A stretch of DNA of 64,000 nt from Octopus sinensis (lineage: Eukaryota). The stretch lies in the NCBI RefSeq assembly GCF_006345805.1, contig NC_043026.1:14983579-15047578 (forward strand). The letters are read 5' to 3'. This document shows positions 11,441 to 24,595 of the stretch, piece by piece; position 1 is the first letter of the stretch, and each line of letters starts with the position of its first letter. A model generated the notes under the pieces. The model made no database searches. It saw only the letters and a list, made by a program, of their open reading frames with translations, and was not told the DNA's origin. A program made the translations under genes and the position numbers.

Positions 11441-11969
11441 GTAAGTTGATCTTATTTAACCCCAGGTCGGTCCTGATCTAGTAGACTTGTGATGAAACAT
11501 GTCAGCATCCTGTCTTTTATTCAGACATAGTGTATCTAGGACTGTATTATCTAATGTGCCCTTTCTTGTTGTTGTTTAGTCCCAGGTCAGTCCTGATCCA
11601 GTTGACCTATGATCAAAGATCTTCCAGCTGTGACCATCCTGTCTTTTATTATTCATGCATCATGTATCTAGGATTACATTATCTAATGTGTCCTTCCTTG
11701 TTGCTTAGCCACAGGTCAGTCCTGATCCAGTAGACCTATGATCAAAGATGATCCAATCATGACTATCCAGTTTATTTTTCTCTAATGAGCGACTACATTG
11801 TTCAGTGTAACCTTCTCTAAGACTGTAGGCTGTGATTTGGCTTCTGTTTTTAGCAGACTGAACCACCACAGAGTCTGCATTGTTATAACCAACTTACCCC
11901 CTCCCCCAACCTTGCTGGCCTTGTGCCAAAATTTGAAACCATTATTGTTGTTGTTCTTCTTGTTGTTAA

Positions 11970-12460
11970 GGCAGTGAGCTGACAGAATCTGTAGCACATC
12001 GGGTGAAATGCTTAGCGTTCTAAGTTCAAATTCCACTGAGGTTGACTTTGCCTTTCACCCTTCTGGGGTCAATAAATTAAATATAAAATATAAAAAAACT
12101 AGTCCCATCCAACCAAAATTTCAGGCCTTTTGGCAAAATTTGAAACTGTTATTATTAACCTTATTGTTCTTCCACTGAGGTTGACTTTGCCTTTCATCAT
12201 TTCAGGGTCAATAAATTAAGTACCAGTTGTGTACTGGGGTCAATATAAAAAAACTAGTCCCATCCACCCAAAATTTCAGGCCTTTTGGCAAAATTTGAAA
12301 CTGTTATTATTAACCTTATTGTTCTTCCACTGAGGTTGACTTTGCCTTTCATCCTTTTGGGGGTCGATAAATTAAGTACCAGTTGCATACTGGGGTCAAT
12401 ATAATTGATTTATCCTCCACCCCAAGATGGCTGCCCTTGTAGCAATATTTGAAACCATTA
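11970..12460 (+). mobile_element. Nin/Deu-domain-like SINE with internal tandem triplication (other copies near 19920-20070, 21000-21185, 43095-43495, 44095-44712, 59560-59870)
   Basis: Shared core GTTCAAATTCC..GAGGTTGACTTTGCCTTTCATCCTTT.GGGGTCGATAAATTAAGTACCAG, which resembles the Nin/Deu SINE central domain as recalled. Confidence 0.65.
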
Positions 12461-13214
12461 TTCTTATCATTAAAGCAATGGATTGTCTTAATCATTAGGG
12501 CACCAGTAAAAACTCCGTTTTTGCTGTTCTGGCTCTTTGCATTATGAGTTCAAATTTGTCTGGGGTCAGTTTTACCTTTCACCCCTCTGTGGGTGATATG
12601 CTACAATACCAGTGATAAACAGGGGTTGACTAACCTCCTCACTTTTAAGTTGTGAATTATTTAGTATTTAATTTGCACTCTTTTACTCTCTCTTTACTTG
12701 TTTCAATCATTTGACTGTGGCCATGCTGGAGCACCGCCTTTAGTCGAGCAACTCTACCCCGGGACTTATTCTTTTGTAAGCCCAGTACTTATTCTATCGG
12801 TTCTTTTTGCCGAACCGCTAAGTGACGGGGACATAAACACATCAGCATCGGTTGTCAAGCAAATGCTAAGGGGACAAACACAGATACACAAACACACACA
12901 CGCATATATATATATATATATATATTACGACGGGCTTCTTTCAGTTTCCGTCTACCAGATCCACTCACAAGGCTTTGCTCGGCCCGAGGCTATAGTAGAA
13001 GACACTTGCCCAAGGTGCCACGCAGTGGGACTGAACCCGGAACCATGTGGTTGGTAAACAAGCTACTTACCACACAGCCACTCCTGCACTGTGACAATAA
13101 TAAAGATATGTTATGGCGAAAGTGCGGATAAATTTCGACTTGCCCTTGTACAACAGCAGGCAGGTGTGTAGAATGGGTTTAACGAGGAGGTGTCTACAAG
13201 AGGTTGAACAAGTC

Positions 13215-13530
13215 TATGTATGTTGAGGGAGGCAGTGTATATAATGTATTGAATGAGTGTATATAAGGAGCTGAGGGAGTGTATAGAATGTAGGGAATGA
13301 GTGTATACAATGTGTTGAGGGTGTATGTTGAATGGGATGAGGGAGGCAGTGTAGAAAATGTGTTGAAAGAGTGTATATAAGGAGCTGAGGGAGTGTATAG
13401 AATGTAGGGGTGAGTGTATACAATGTGTTGAGGGTGTATGTTGAATGGGATGAGGGAGACAGTGTATAGAAAATGTGATGAAAGAATGTATATAAGGAGC
13501 TGAGGGAGTGTATAGAATGTTGGGAATGAA
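13215..13530. repeat. ~107-bp unit x3 minisatellite just upstream of the last PPWD1 exon
   Basis: GTGTATATAAGGAGCTGAGGGAGTGTATAGAATGT is repeated three times. Confidence 0.85.
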
Positions 13531-13595
13531 TTTCTATATATGTCTGCTGTTACACTTGTCCAAATGAATCCTCATTTTCTTTTTCTTCTGGACAG

Positions 13596-13739
13596 CCATG
13601 GTTGGACAACAAACATACAGTGTTTGGTCGAGTGACCAAGGGGATGGAGGTGGTTCAGACCATCAGCACGGTGAAGACCAACCCAAAGACAGACAAACCA
13701 TACGATGACATCAGGATAGTGAGTGTTACCATTAAGTAG
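13596..13739 (+). CDS. PPWD1: PPWD1 terminal coding exon: [47 protein letters not shown]
   Basis: CAG acceptor at 13595, TAG stop at 13737-13739. [12 protein letters not shown] motif. The nine exons sum to 1032 nt in one frame. Not in the supplied ORF track. Confidence 0.97.
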   Translation, partial: PWLDNKHTVFGRVTKGMEVVQTISTVKTNPKTDKPYDDIRIVSVTIK

Positions 13740-13890
13740 TGCTGTGATCTTCTCCCGGAGCATAGGAGACACTCATTTGTCAACCCTCAATGGGGTACAC
13801 GAAAGGGACGCTGGACAAAAGACACAGCAGGATAAACAGTCAGAACAACTGGGGTACATGCAAAATGTGTGTGTATGTATGTATATACAT

Positions 13891-14280
13891 GCAGCATTGC
13901 CCAGTGTTGCTCGGGTTTGTTTCGGCCCTTTAGAATTGGAATTTTTGAAAAGTAAAAATTTTGCATTATGTAGCTTGTTATTCTCTTTAAGTGAACATTT
14001 TTCTGGATGAAATACACCGAAAAATGGCGACACAGCAGTCAAAAAAATCGTAAAAAATCGGGATTTTCATAGAAAAAAAGTACCTTTTTGATGTAAATAA
14101 TTTTTGGTGTTAACATGGTCTGATATGAATTTTTTCTTCTACGGAATGAAGAGCAAGCCTTCTTCTATCATACTCTCAATTTTGGTCAACTTGCGCCGCA
14201 GGGTCTCGGAGGAGATAGTGCTAGTTGAAGGCTACCAAGCCTGCCACACACAGACAAGTTCAGCTTTATATATATTATAT
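13891..14280 (+). mobile_element. HINE-like element just downstream of the PPWD1 stop
   Basis: 5' GCATTGCCCAGTGTTGCTCGGG, similar to the 7980 element; 3' CACACACAGACAAGTTCAGCTTTATATAT. Confidence 0.5.
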
Positions 14281-14286
14281 ATATAT

Positions 14287-14330
<44 letters not shown>

Positions 14331-14414
14331 TGTGTATATGATTATCAATGTTTATGTTTCTAATATATGTATATCTACAACAGGCATATGTACATGTATG
14401 TGTTTATGTATATA

Positions 14415-14447
<33 letters not shown>

Positions 14448-14508
14448 CCCAAAAAGTATACACTTGTAAATATACATATATACACAAAAAGATCCCTTTA
14501 TGACTGCT

Positions 14509-14542
<34 letters not shown>

Positions 14543-15099
14543 CATACATACACACACACACACACACATATATATATATGAGCATATCTACACATATTTG
14601 TGTTGTGTGTGTGTATTTATATACATGCTCATATACATGTATGTATGCATGAATATATATATATATATGTACATTCTATTCTTTTTTTTGTCAAAAACAA
14701 ATTTTCTGCCAATAAAATTTATTTTTTTAATATTTCTTTCAAACTTTATTTCACATTTCAAACACAACAAACTAAAACCCCAAACAACATATTATTAAGG
14801 TGTGTCTGTGTGTTTGTGTGTGTATATATACTCTTTTACTTGTTTCAGTCATTTGACTGCGGCCATGCTGGAGCACCGCCTTTAGTCAAGCAAATCCTCT
14901 CAAATTACACCACAATCTCAGACAATAACAAATAATATTGTATTTATTGCCTGTGAAAATTATAGAATATAAAACAACTTTGATAAAAAATTATACCTAC
15001 TTTTCTGACGGAAACAATGCCGTTCTGAACATTTTGGCCGCAACTGTATATATATACATGTATATGTATGTATATATATATATATAGAACAATCTTACT

Positions 15100-15423
15100 T
15101 ATATGAGTACAGGACACCAAAAGGACGTCGGCCACAATGAGAAACGAAAACATAGACACAAACCCAAGGAACTGGACATTTTTTTAAACAACAAAAAAAT
15201 AGAGTACAGGACAATTAACACAAAGAAAAAAACCCTTCTTCATTCGCTATGGTTTCATCTACTCTACATTTCTAGCGACTGAAGAAGGGGTTTTTTCTTT
15301 GTGTTAATTGTCCTGTACTCTATTTTTTTGTTGTTTAAAAAAATGTCCAGTTCCTTGGGTTTGTGTCTATGTTTTCGTTTCTCATTGTGTTCGACGTCCC
15401 TTTTGGTGTCCTGTACTCATATA
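15100..15423. repeat. Long inverted repeat
   Basis: Arms 15100-15249 and 15273-15423, near-perfect; 23-nt loop. Confidence 0.9.
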
Positions 15424-15756
15424 TGCGTGTATATATATACATGTAGAGGTAGGTACGTACATATATGTATATATATATATATATGCATATGTTTTATTTT
15501 ATTTATTAATATATATGTATATATATATATATATATATATGCGTGTGTGTGTTTGTCTCCCTAGCATTGCTTGACAACCGATGCTGGTTTGTTTACGTCC
15601 CCGTCACTTAGAGGTTCGGCAAAAGAGACCAATAGAATAAGTACTGGGCTTGCAAAGAATAAGTCCCAGGGGGCGATTTGCTCGACTAAAAGGCGGTGCT
15701 CCAGCATGGCCGCAGTCAAATGACTGAAACAAGTAAAAGAGTAAAGGGAGTATGCG

Positions 15757-15790
<34 letters not shown>

Positions 15791-16645
15791 TAGCAGATAG
15801 TTGTCATTGTTAAATGTGTGTGAATCGCCGAATTGGGTTATCGGGAAAACAAACAGAGTAATTTACTCATTAATTACTTCATACTGAAAGTAATTACTTC
15901 ATATTAGCAGTAATTATTCAAATTTTGATTCTGCTATTTGCGACAGAGTTCTAACCCAGGAGATGATTGTTGTCAATTATATAGATTATGTATATAAATC
16001 ATACATTTAAAAAAAAAATATTTTTTGTTACTTGTTTCAGTCATTTGACTACGGCCATGCTGGAGCACCGCCTTTAGTCGAGCAAAACGACCCTGGGACT
16101 TATTCTTGTAAGCAAGCCCAGTACTTATTCTATCGGTCTCTTTTGCCGAACCGCTAAGTGACGGGGACGTAAACACACCAGCATCGGTTGTCAAGCAATG
16201 CTAGTGGGGGACAAACACAGACACACAAACACAGACACACAAACACACACATACATATAGATATCATCATCATCATCATTTAGCGTTCGTTTTTCATGCT
16301 AGCATGGGGGGTTGGACGGTTCAACTGGGGTCTGTGAAGCCAGAAGGCTGCATCAGGCCCAGTCTGATCTGGCAGTGTTTCTACGGCTGGATGCCTTCCT
16401 AACGCCAACCACTCCGCGAGTGTAGTGGGTGCTTTTTACGTGCCACCCGCACATATACATATATACGACAGGCTTCTATCAGTTTCCGTCTACCAAATCC
16501 ACTCACAAGGCATTGGTCGACCCAGGGCTATAGCAGAAGACCCTTGCCCAAGATGCCATGCAGTGGGACTGAACCTGGAACCATGTGGTTGGTTAGCAAG
16601 CTACTTACCACACAGCCACTCCTGCGCTTATATATATACATATAC

Positions 16646-16680
<35 letters not shown>

Positions 16681-16682
<2 letters not shown>

Positions 16683-16889
16683 AGTAAAACGGTAAGATAA
16701 CAAAAGAAAGAAAGAGACCTCAATATTATGTAAATAGAGGAAATTCATCTATAAAATAATATGTTACAATTACTCAATAGTCAAGATAAAACTCTGAGTT
16801 TCGGATGCCGAAGTGGAGATCCACAACACCATCTCTTCTGAAACTCAGAGTTTTATCTTGACTATTGAGTAATTTGTAACATATTATAT

Positions 16890-16922
<33 letters not shown>

Positions 16923-17630
16923 CTACTTGTTAATATGAGTGTATGTATGTATGTGTGCATATATGTATTTGTGTGTATATGTGTATGTATATATTTATTT
17001 GTGTGTATGAGTGTATATATATGTATGTATGTATCTATTTGTGTTAATGTATGTATATATATTTGTATATGTGTATATATGTACATGTGTATTTTTGGCC
17101 CTCAAAAGTTCTGGCTGGTGTCTGATGTGCTGCAAAACATAGATATATATATAATATATATTAGTAAAACGGTAAGATAACAAAAGAAAGAAAGAGACCT
17201 CAATATTATGTAAATAGAGGAAATTCATCTATAAAATAATATGTTACAATTACTCAATAGTCAAGATAAAACTCTGAGTTTCGGATGCCGAAGTGGAGAT
17301 CCACAACACCATCTCTTCTGAAACTCAGAGTTTTATCTTGACTATTGAGTAATTTGTAACATATTATATATATATATATATAATATATATGTATGTATCT
17401 ACTTGTTAATATGAGTGTATGTATGTATGTGTGCATATATGTATTGTGTGTATATGTGTATGTATATATTTATTTGTGTGTATGAGTGTATATATATGTA
17501 TGTATGTATCTATTTGTGTTAATGTATGTATATATATTTGTATATGTGTATATATGTACATGTGTATTTTTGGCCCTCAAAAGTTCTGGCTGGTGTCTGA
17601 TGTGCTGCAAAACATAGATATATATATTAT
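16681..17630 (+). repeat. 480-bp tandem duplication containing a fold-back hairpin
   Basis: TTAGTAAAACGGTAAGATAAC at 16681 and 17161. Each unit has ~46-bp inverted arms around a truncated hammerhead. Confidence 0.9.
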
Positions 17631-17651
17631 ATATATATATATGTATGTATG

Positions 17652-17684
<33 letters not shown>

Positions 17685-18973
17685 GTAATATATATGTATA
17701 TATATATATATGTATATATATATATGTATAATATATATATATGTAATATATATATATGTATATATATATATGTATATCTATATATGTATATATATATATA
17801 TATGTATATATATGTATATATATGTGTGTATATATATGTGTATATATAATAAAGAAATGCACCCATCCTATGGACGGTGTAATTTATTATAATGATGCAT
17901 CCTTTGGATGGTTTGATTTGAATTATCCCACAATTAGAAGTCGTTTCAAGTTGATAAGTGTAATATGTATAATTACCATATTCGTTAGCAGTTTATCAAA
18001 TGGTATTAAGGAACTTAAGGTATGAATAAATTTCCTCTGAACATAAATTTGGCAGTGAGTAATAAATGAAAGTCCATGAAATGGGATCCTCTATCTTACT
18101 TGAAGCGTTTTGTATCCTGTACTGAGTTTTCTCGAAATGCCTGACACAACCGCATTGAAGCTTTGTTTCAACGAAAGCCATGTATGATAAAGAAAAGCAA
18201 ACCTCTATAGCAAACATGCAAATAGAATAATGGCATCAGCATCATCATCATCATCATCGTTTAGCGTCCGTTTTCCATGCTAGCATGGGTTGGACGGTTC
18301 AACTGGGGTCAGTGAAGCCAGAAGGCTGCACCAGGCCCAGTCAGATCTGGCAGTGTTTCTACGGCTGGATGCCCTTCCTAACGCCAACCACTCTGTGAGT
18401 GTAGTGGGTGCTTTTTACGTGCCACCCGCACAGGTGCCAGACGGAGCTGGCAAACGGCCACGAACGGATGGTGCTTTTTACCTGCCACCGGCACAGGGGC
18501 CAGGCGAGGCTGGCAAACGGCCACGAACGGATGGTGCTTTTACATGCCACCGGCACAGGGGCCAGGCGAGGCTGGCAACGGCCACGAACGGATGGTGCTT
18601 TTACGTGCCACCGGCACAGGGGCCAGGCGAGGCTGGCAAACGGCCACGAACGGATGGTGCTTTTACGTGCCACAGGCACGGGGGCCAGACGGGTCTGGCA
18701 AACAGCCACGTGCAGATGGTGCTTTTACGTGCCACCGGCACAGGGGCCAGGCGAGGCTGGCAACGGACACGAACGGATGGTGCTTTTACAAAGATAAATG
18801 TCAGCATGCTTATGAGCGGACAGTGTGCGTGAAGTAAGAAGGGTCATGAAAGGTAACTTACTATCAACAGCAATCAGGGAAATCAAGCAAAATACCAATG
18901 GAATCCTTTCAGGGAGTCTGGTTGCTAACGGCTACAGTTTGGCGTAGATGTGAAGAATGCAGAAGAAGCATAA

Positions 18974-19042
18974 CTATTGTAGGCCTGCTTTGTTGACAAT
19001 GATTTTAGTTTTTCCTTCAGGAGCATAGATGAATAAGTTGGC
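18974..19042 (-). mobile_element. Probable Helitron helicase C-terminal fragment
   Basis: ANLFIYAPEGKTKIIVNKAGLQ* resembles the Helitron PIF1 helicase end (NLFIYAP.GKTKNIVY..AL*). Short, and cut by a SINE. Confidence 0.45.
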
Positions 19043-19656
19043 ATCTTGAGCAAATGTCTTCTACTATAGGCCCGGACTGACCAAAGCCTTGTGAGTGGAT
19101 TTGGTAGACGGAAACTGAAAGAAGCCCGTCGTATATATATATATGTGTTTGTCCCCCCTAGCATTGCTTGACAACCAACCCTGGTGTGTTTACGTCCCCG
19201 TCACTTAGCGGTTCGGCAAAAGAGACCGATAGAATAAGTACTGGGCTTACAAAAGAATAAGTCCCAGGGTCGATTTGCTCGATTAAAGGCGGTGCTCCAG
19301 CATGGCCGCAGTCAAAGGACTGAAACAAGTAAAAGAGAGAGAGAGACAGATAGATATGTTTCTTAATTAGCCACACAGGGCTGAACACAGAGGAGACAAA
19401 ATACGATGCAGAGCTTTTCTTCTTGGGGAAGAAGTGGGGTGAGATAAGATTCCGATCAATAGTGATCGTGTATCACAGAAATGTCATGAATGCAAAAAGG
19501 AAAACAGATTAATTTTATCTGTGGAAAGAAAAGCTTACAGAAAAGACCACGGTAACCTCGGGCAATAATGTCATGCAAAAACAAAAACGCATTACAGTAA
19601 GTGGCTCTCTTTTACTCCTTTGTTTTTCTGGTTCGTAGGACTATGCTCAACGTGGA

Positions 19657-19920
19657 TCAGTCATTCACACGTGCCATCCTTGCTACATTCACCCATCTTT
19701 GTTTGAAGCATTCACTAGACAAAACTTCCCTCTCTACGCCCACCTTCCTCTTCAAGTGATACTTGAAGAGGTTGATCAGAGATTGACCAGAGAGGAAAGT
19801 GTTTGTCTCTAGACCTTTCAGACGCCCCAACCATATACATTCTTTTGCCATAGCCACAAGTAAAATGAAAATGGCTCTTCTTTCCCGTTTGAAGGAAGGA
19901 GGTGCGACAATAGACTCTAA
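19657..19920 (-). mobile_element. Probable L1/Tx1-clade LINE ORF2 C-terminal fragment
   Basis: LVAMAKECIWLGRLKGLETNTFLSGQSLINLFKYHLKRKVGVER...FKQRWV resembles L1/Tx1 C-termini (AK..IW..R ... F..RW). Recognition is from memory only. Confidence 0.5.
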
Positions 19921-20070
19921 GGCAGCTAGCTGGCAGAAACGTTAGCACACCGGGCAAAATGCTTAGTAGTATTTCATGTCTTTACGTTCTGAGTTCAAAT
20001 TCCGCCTAGGTCGACTTTGCCATTCATCCTTTCAGGGTCGATAAATTAAGTACCTATTGCGTACTGGTGT

Positions 20071-20110
<40 letters not shown>

Positions 20111-20264
20111 CAGTCTTCTTTCAGTTTCCGCCTGCCAAATCCACTGACAAGGTTTTTGTTAGCCTCAGGCTTTAGTAGAAAACACTTGCCCAAGGTGCCA
20201 TGCTTCTTACCACACTGCCATTCCCACGCCTGGAGATTAAAATACAAAATAATGAAGCAAGGCG

Positions 20265-20415
20265 CAGGAGTGGCTGTGTGGTAAGTAGCTTGTTTACCAA
20301 CCACATGGTTCCAGGTTCAGTCCCACTGCGTAGCAGTGTCTTCTACTATAGCCTCGGGCCGACCAAAGCCTTGTGAGTGGATTTGGTAGACGGAAACTGA
20401 AAGAAGCCCGTCGTA

Positions 20416-20458
<43 letters not shown>

Positions 20459-20665
20459 GTGTCTGTGTTTGTCCCCCTAGCATTGCTTGACAACCGATGC
20501 TGGTGTGTTTACGTCCCTGTTACTTAGCGGTTCGGCAAAAGAGACCGATAGAATAAGTACTGGGTTTACAAAAGAATAAGTCCCGGGGTCAATTTGCTCG
20601 ACTAAAGGCGGTGCTCCAGCATGGCTGCAGTCAAATGACTGAAACAAGTAAAAGAGTAAAAGAGT
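20265..20665 (+). mobile_element. Representative of the dominant tRNA-derived SINE family (other copies near 1176-1500, 3815-4250, 5305-5690, 12680-13088, 15545-15750, 16027-16628, 19050-19340, 23990-24165, 33140-34262, 37695-37830, 39960-40315, 42620-42800, 58880-59372, 59870-60300)
   Basis: Head GGCGCAGGAGTGGCTGTGTGGTAAG / GGTTCAGTCCC (Pol III A/B boxes), central (TA)n, 3' GCGGTGCTCCAGCATGGCCGCAGTCAAATGACTGAAACAAGTAAAAGAG. Confidence 0.88.
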
Positions 20666-23600
20666 AAGTTTAGATATAGAATGTAATGAGAGAGAGAGAT
20701 GAGACTCTAAATTAGAAGTCTTTTTTGAATGATGCAAAATGTTTTACTTTTCCATTTTCTATTTTAATATGGATTTGGTAGATGAATTCTCGTGATTTAA
20801 CAGCCATACAGAGGTCTCGGTCATTGGCTCAATACATACATATATACATTCCTATAACAATAGAATCTGACTAGAAGGAGATGTGGCTGTTATTTCTGCA
20901 GGGTTAGCTACTCTAAAGCATTCTCCACCTTGCTTCGTTCAATGTCCGACACATTAACGATGATGTCATTCACTGCATAAATAACAGTCCTTTCTTCTAA
21001 AGGCACAAGGCCTGACATTTTGTAGGGAAGCGGACGGTCGACTACATCGGCCTCAGTACTCAAATGATACTTGTTTTATTGACCCTGGGAAGATGAAACA
21101 TAGTCGACCTCGGTGGAATTTGAACTTGGAACGTAGCTATGAGTGAAATGCCACTAAGCATTTCGCCCAGTATGCTAACGATTCTTAATAATGATAATAA
21201 TAATAATAACTATAATGAGCTTATTGTATACGATATTAGGGTCACTACAACTTATTGGAAAAAAGTATGCCTGTATGTGTGTGTGTATATGGGTGTGTTT
21301 GTAGGTACATGTTTATATGTATATATATGTATGTGTGTGTGTGTGTAGCTATATATGCATGTATACAAATTTAAATGTTGAGGATGGGATTTTTCCATAT
21401 AAAGAAAGAAGGCAAAATAAGTGAATATGATTGGTTCAGAAACATGAAACACTTGAATGGAAATGCATGGAGACATGGTGGAGGTGGTGGTGGTAATGTT
21501 GCAGATGATGTAAAGAGAGAGAGAAAGAATATAGAATTGGATGGGAGGTGGGGAGAGGGTGTCATTCATACAGTCTGTGGCAATCTGAGATAGGCGTGTC
21601 GATGCAATCTGGCTAACATATACTACAACACACCAACATATACACACACATACCTATACACTACAACAGACACATACTTTTAAACCAAGATACATACCCA
21701 TGACAAGGTAACACCCACCAGGTATCTAGAAACTTCTTCCTGGTAGATTATAAATATAGCTGTAAGTGCTGTACACAGGCCATACCATTGCCACTCTTGC
21801 ATATTTCTGAGAGAGACAGTCTTCAGGCTAGAATGAACCCCTCAACACAAGTAATTCAGGTAACTATTTTAATTAACGCACATTTGACTAAAACACTTCG
21901 TTAAAGCTTCATTAGAACTATTTCAAACATAAACTTTTATATTGGAATTTGTTTTATTTTCAGGCGGTATTTTATAAGCTAGAAACTTTTCAAAGATTTT
22001 ACACTGTTACATTACAAGTAAAAATTTTCATTTCCAGAATATAAAATAAAGTATAGTTTGGTTATGACTATGTCAAAACTAATTTGATGGAAATTAAAGG
22101 AACGGATATGTTCATCTAAGAATACACAATTTTAAGTAGTTTATAGTGGATTTCTAATTCTCAAGTGAAATTTGAAATTTCTAAATTAATTTTATTGCTG
22201 TTAAATTGTTAGTTTTCTGTAAACTTAATGTTTTAAAAGCTTAGCAAGGGAGAAGGGCCCTGCCGATGGTCCTTTATATTTCCAGGGTCTTCAAATGTGG
22301 TGAATGGAAGATAGACATTCTCAAAACAAGAGACTTAACATGAATGCATACAACAGAGAAATCCTCTCCTAAAAAGCATCTCAAGAGCCAGGTGATGGTG
22401 TCGAAAAAGGTGATAGATTAAGTCTGCAACCCAGGGAGGCAACAAAAGGATTTGAACTCAGATCATAAAGAACCACATTAAATACTACAAGAAATCTTGT
22501 CAAATATTTAATTCCATCAGACCACCACCTCAGACTGGCATTTTAATTATCGACCCTTGCATGATAAAAATCAAAATTAATCTCAGCAGACAAAGAGAAT
22601 AAATACCACAAGGTATTAAGTCCATATGTTCTAACGACTCTACTAATTGATCTTTTTCTTCTTTTAATCAATGAAATGTTTTAAACTGCTTTTTTATTTT
22701 AATATTAAACTTTGTGTATAAATGGAATTGTTCTGGTGATTTCATTTCTATTTTATATCTTGAAGCAAACAAGAAGAATTGTTTAAATATTAAACAATTT
22801 GGTGACAACAAATATTTTCTCTCTCAGCACATCTTTATCCTACATCAACATTTTAATGTACAATGCATTAAATATGTTTTCTCACCATCTTCGATATTAT
22901 TTATCAGATGGATGGCTTCTGAGAATTATTTCACGTTGTCTGCATTTATTATAAACTCTATTACAAAACCAACTACAAAGTCCCTAAAATGCCCCTAAAA
23001 ACATGTTAGATAATAACAACTTATGGGTGAGGTCATGGATAGAACGTCTGACCATAGGGCAGCTAGATAAGAATTAACTTTCAGTTAAACATCAACAACA
23101 GAAGCCATAATTTTAATTTATTGTAAACAAATATATTTGTTACATTTCAAATATAATTTTTATAAAAATAATTTTAGTATTTCAACTTCATAAATTGTTT
23201 TCTGACATAAAAGTTAAACATTCTATTAAATTTTAAAAGATTATAGTTTTGATATATTTTTATAAATTACATTTAAATATTGTATTTGAAGGAATAATCT
23301 ATGTTATAATTTGGTAAATTTAGAAATATTCTTGGAGATTTCTGTGGAATTATCAACTTGGTTGAGAAATAGAATAGTGACGGCTTTTTTTTTCAAGTGT
23401 AGATTTGTGGATGAGAAAGACATGAATAATATTTGAAGAGAGGTGTGGCATTTATAGAGATAGGTAACAGACTAAATGGTGGTGGTCGTGGTGGTAGAAG
23501 ATTTCAAGTTATGTATGTAATGTGTGGCTGATATGTTTTATTCCTTAGTTATTGAACCATGGCCATGCTGGAGCATTGCCTCGATGTATTTAACTGATCG

Positions 23601-23727
23601 TATCAGCACCGGTATTTCTTTTTAAGTCCGGTACATATTTTAACTGAATCTATTTGTGGATCAGCTAGGTTAGGAATGAAGTTGAAATTTTAATTAAACA
23701 GTAAGTACTAATGATTAAATGATGGAA

Positions 23728-23765
<38 letters not shown>

Positions 23766-24292
23766 TGCCAGATTTGACTATATAGCCTTCTGGCTTATAG
23801 AACCGTCCAACCCATAGCATGGAAAACGGATAAATGATGATGATGATATGATGATATATATATATATATATATATATAAAGTGAGAGAGAAATACACACT
23901 TGTATACATACATATATACGCACACTCTTCCCATTTGTGCTAATTTCCTCCTACCATTTTATATTTTCTTTATTTTTGCCCCACCAACAGTGCATGACAA
24001 CCGATGTTGGTGTGTTTACATCCCTGCAACTTAGTTGTTCAGCAAAAGACACCAATAGAATAAGTACTAGGCTTACAAAGAATAAGTCCTGGGGTCAATT
24101 TGTTTGACTAAAGGTGGTACTCCAGTATGGCCACAGTCAAATGACTGAAACAAGTACAAAAATAAAAGAATACATATATATACATATATACACGTACACT
24201 ATATCTACACACACACATAGACATAATATATACATGTTTATGTAAAAGGGAAATAAAATGTTGAAGTTGATATTGAAAAGGAGACAGGGAAT

Positions 24293-24324
<32 letters not shown>

Positions 24325-24402
24325 AGAAAGTAAAAGAAGAGAAGGACATATGAAGGATATAAAATAGGAGAGGGAGGGTTGTTATAAAAGAATATATTAT
24401 AT

Positions 24403-24595
24403 AAATCTTGGCATTTTACGTTTGACATTATGTAAAATACGAGATCCTTTTAAACCCAGAGAGTCCATGTGATTACATTTATTCTTTACATAATCTATAA
24501 ACATATTGATGTGGTCTGTTTTGATAAGTGTTCGGTAACATGTCACAATATGAAGAAAACTTGGTAACATGGACTTTTCCTGTTCTTAAGATTTC
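24403..24595 (-). repeat. Inverted duplicate of the propeller gene 5' coding segment 25384-25576
   Basis: Reverse complement matches 25384-25576 over 193 bp with about 8 mismatches; spacer 788 bp. Confidence 0.93.
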
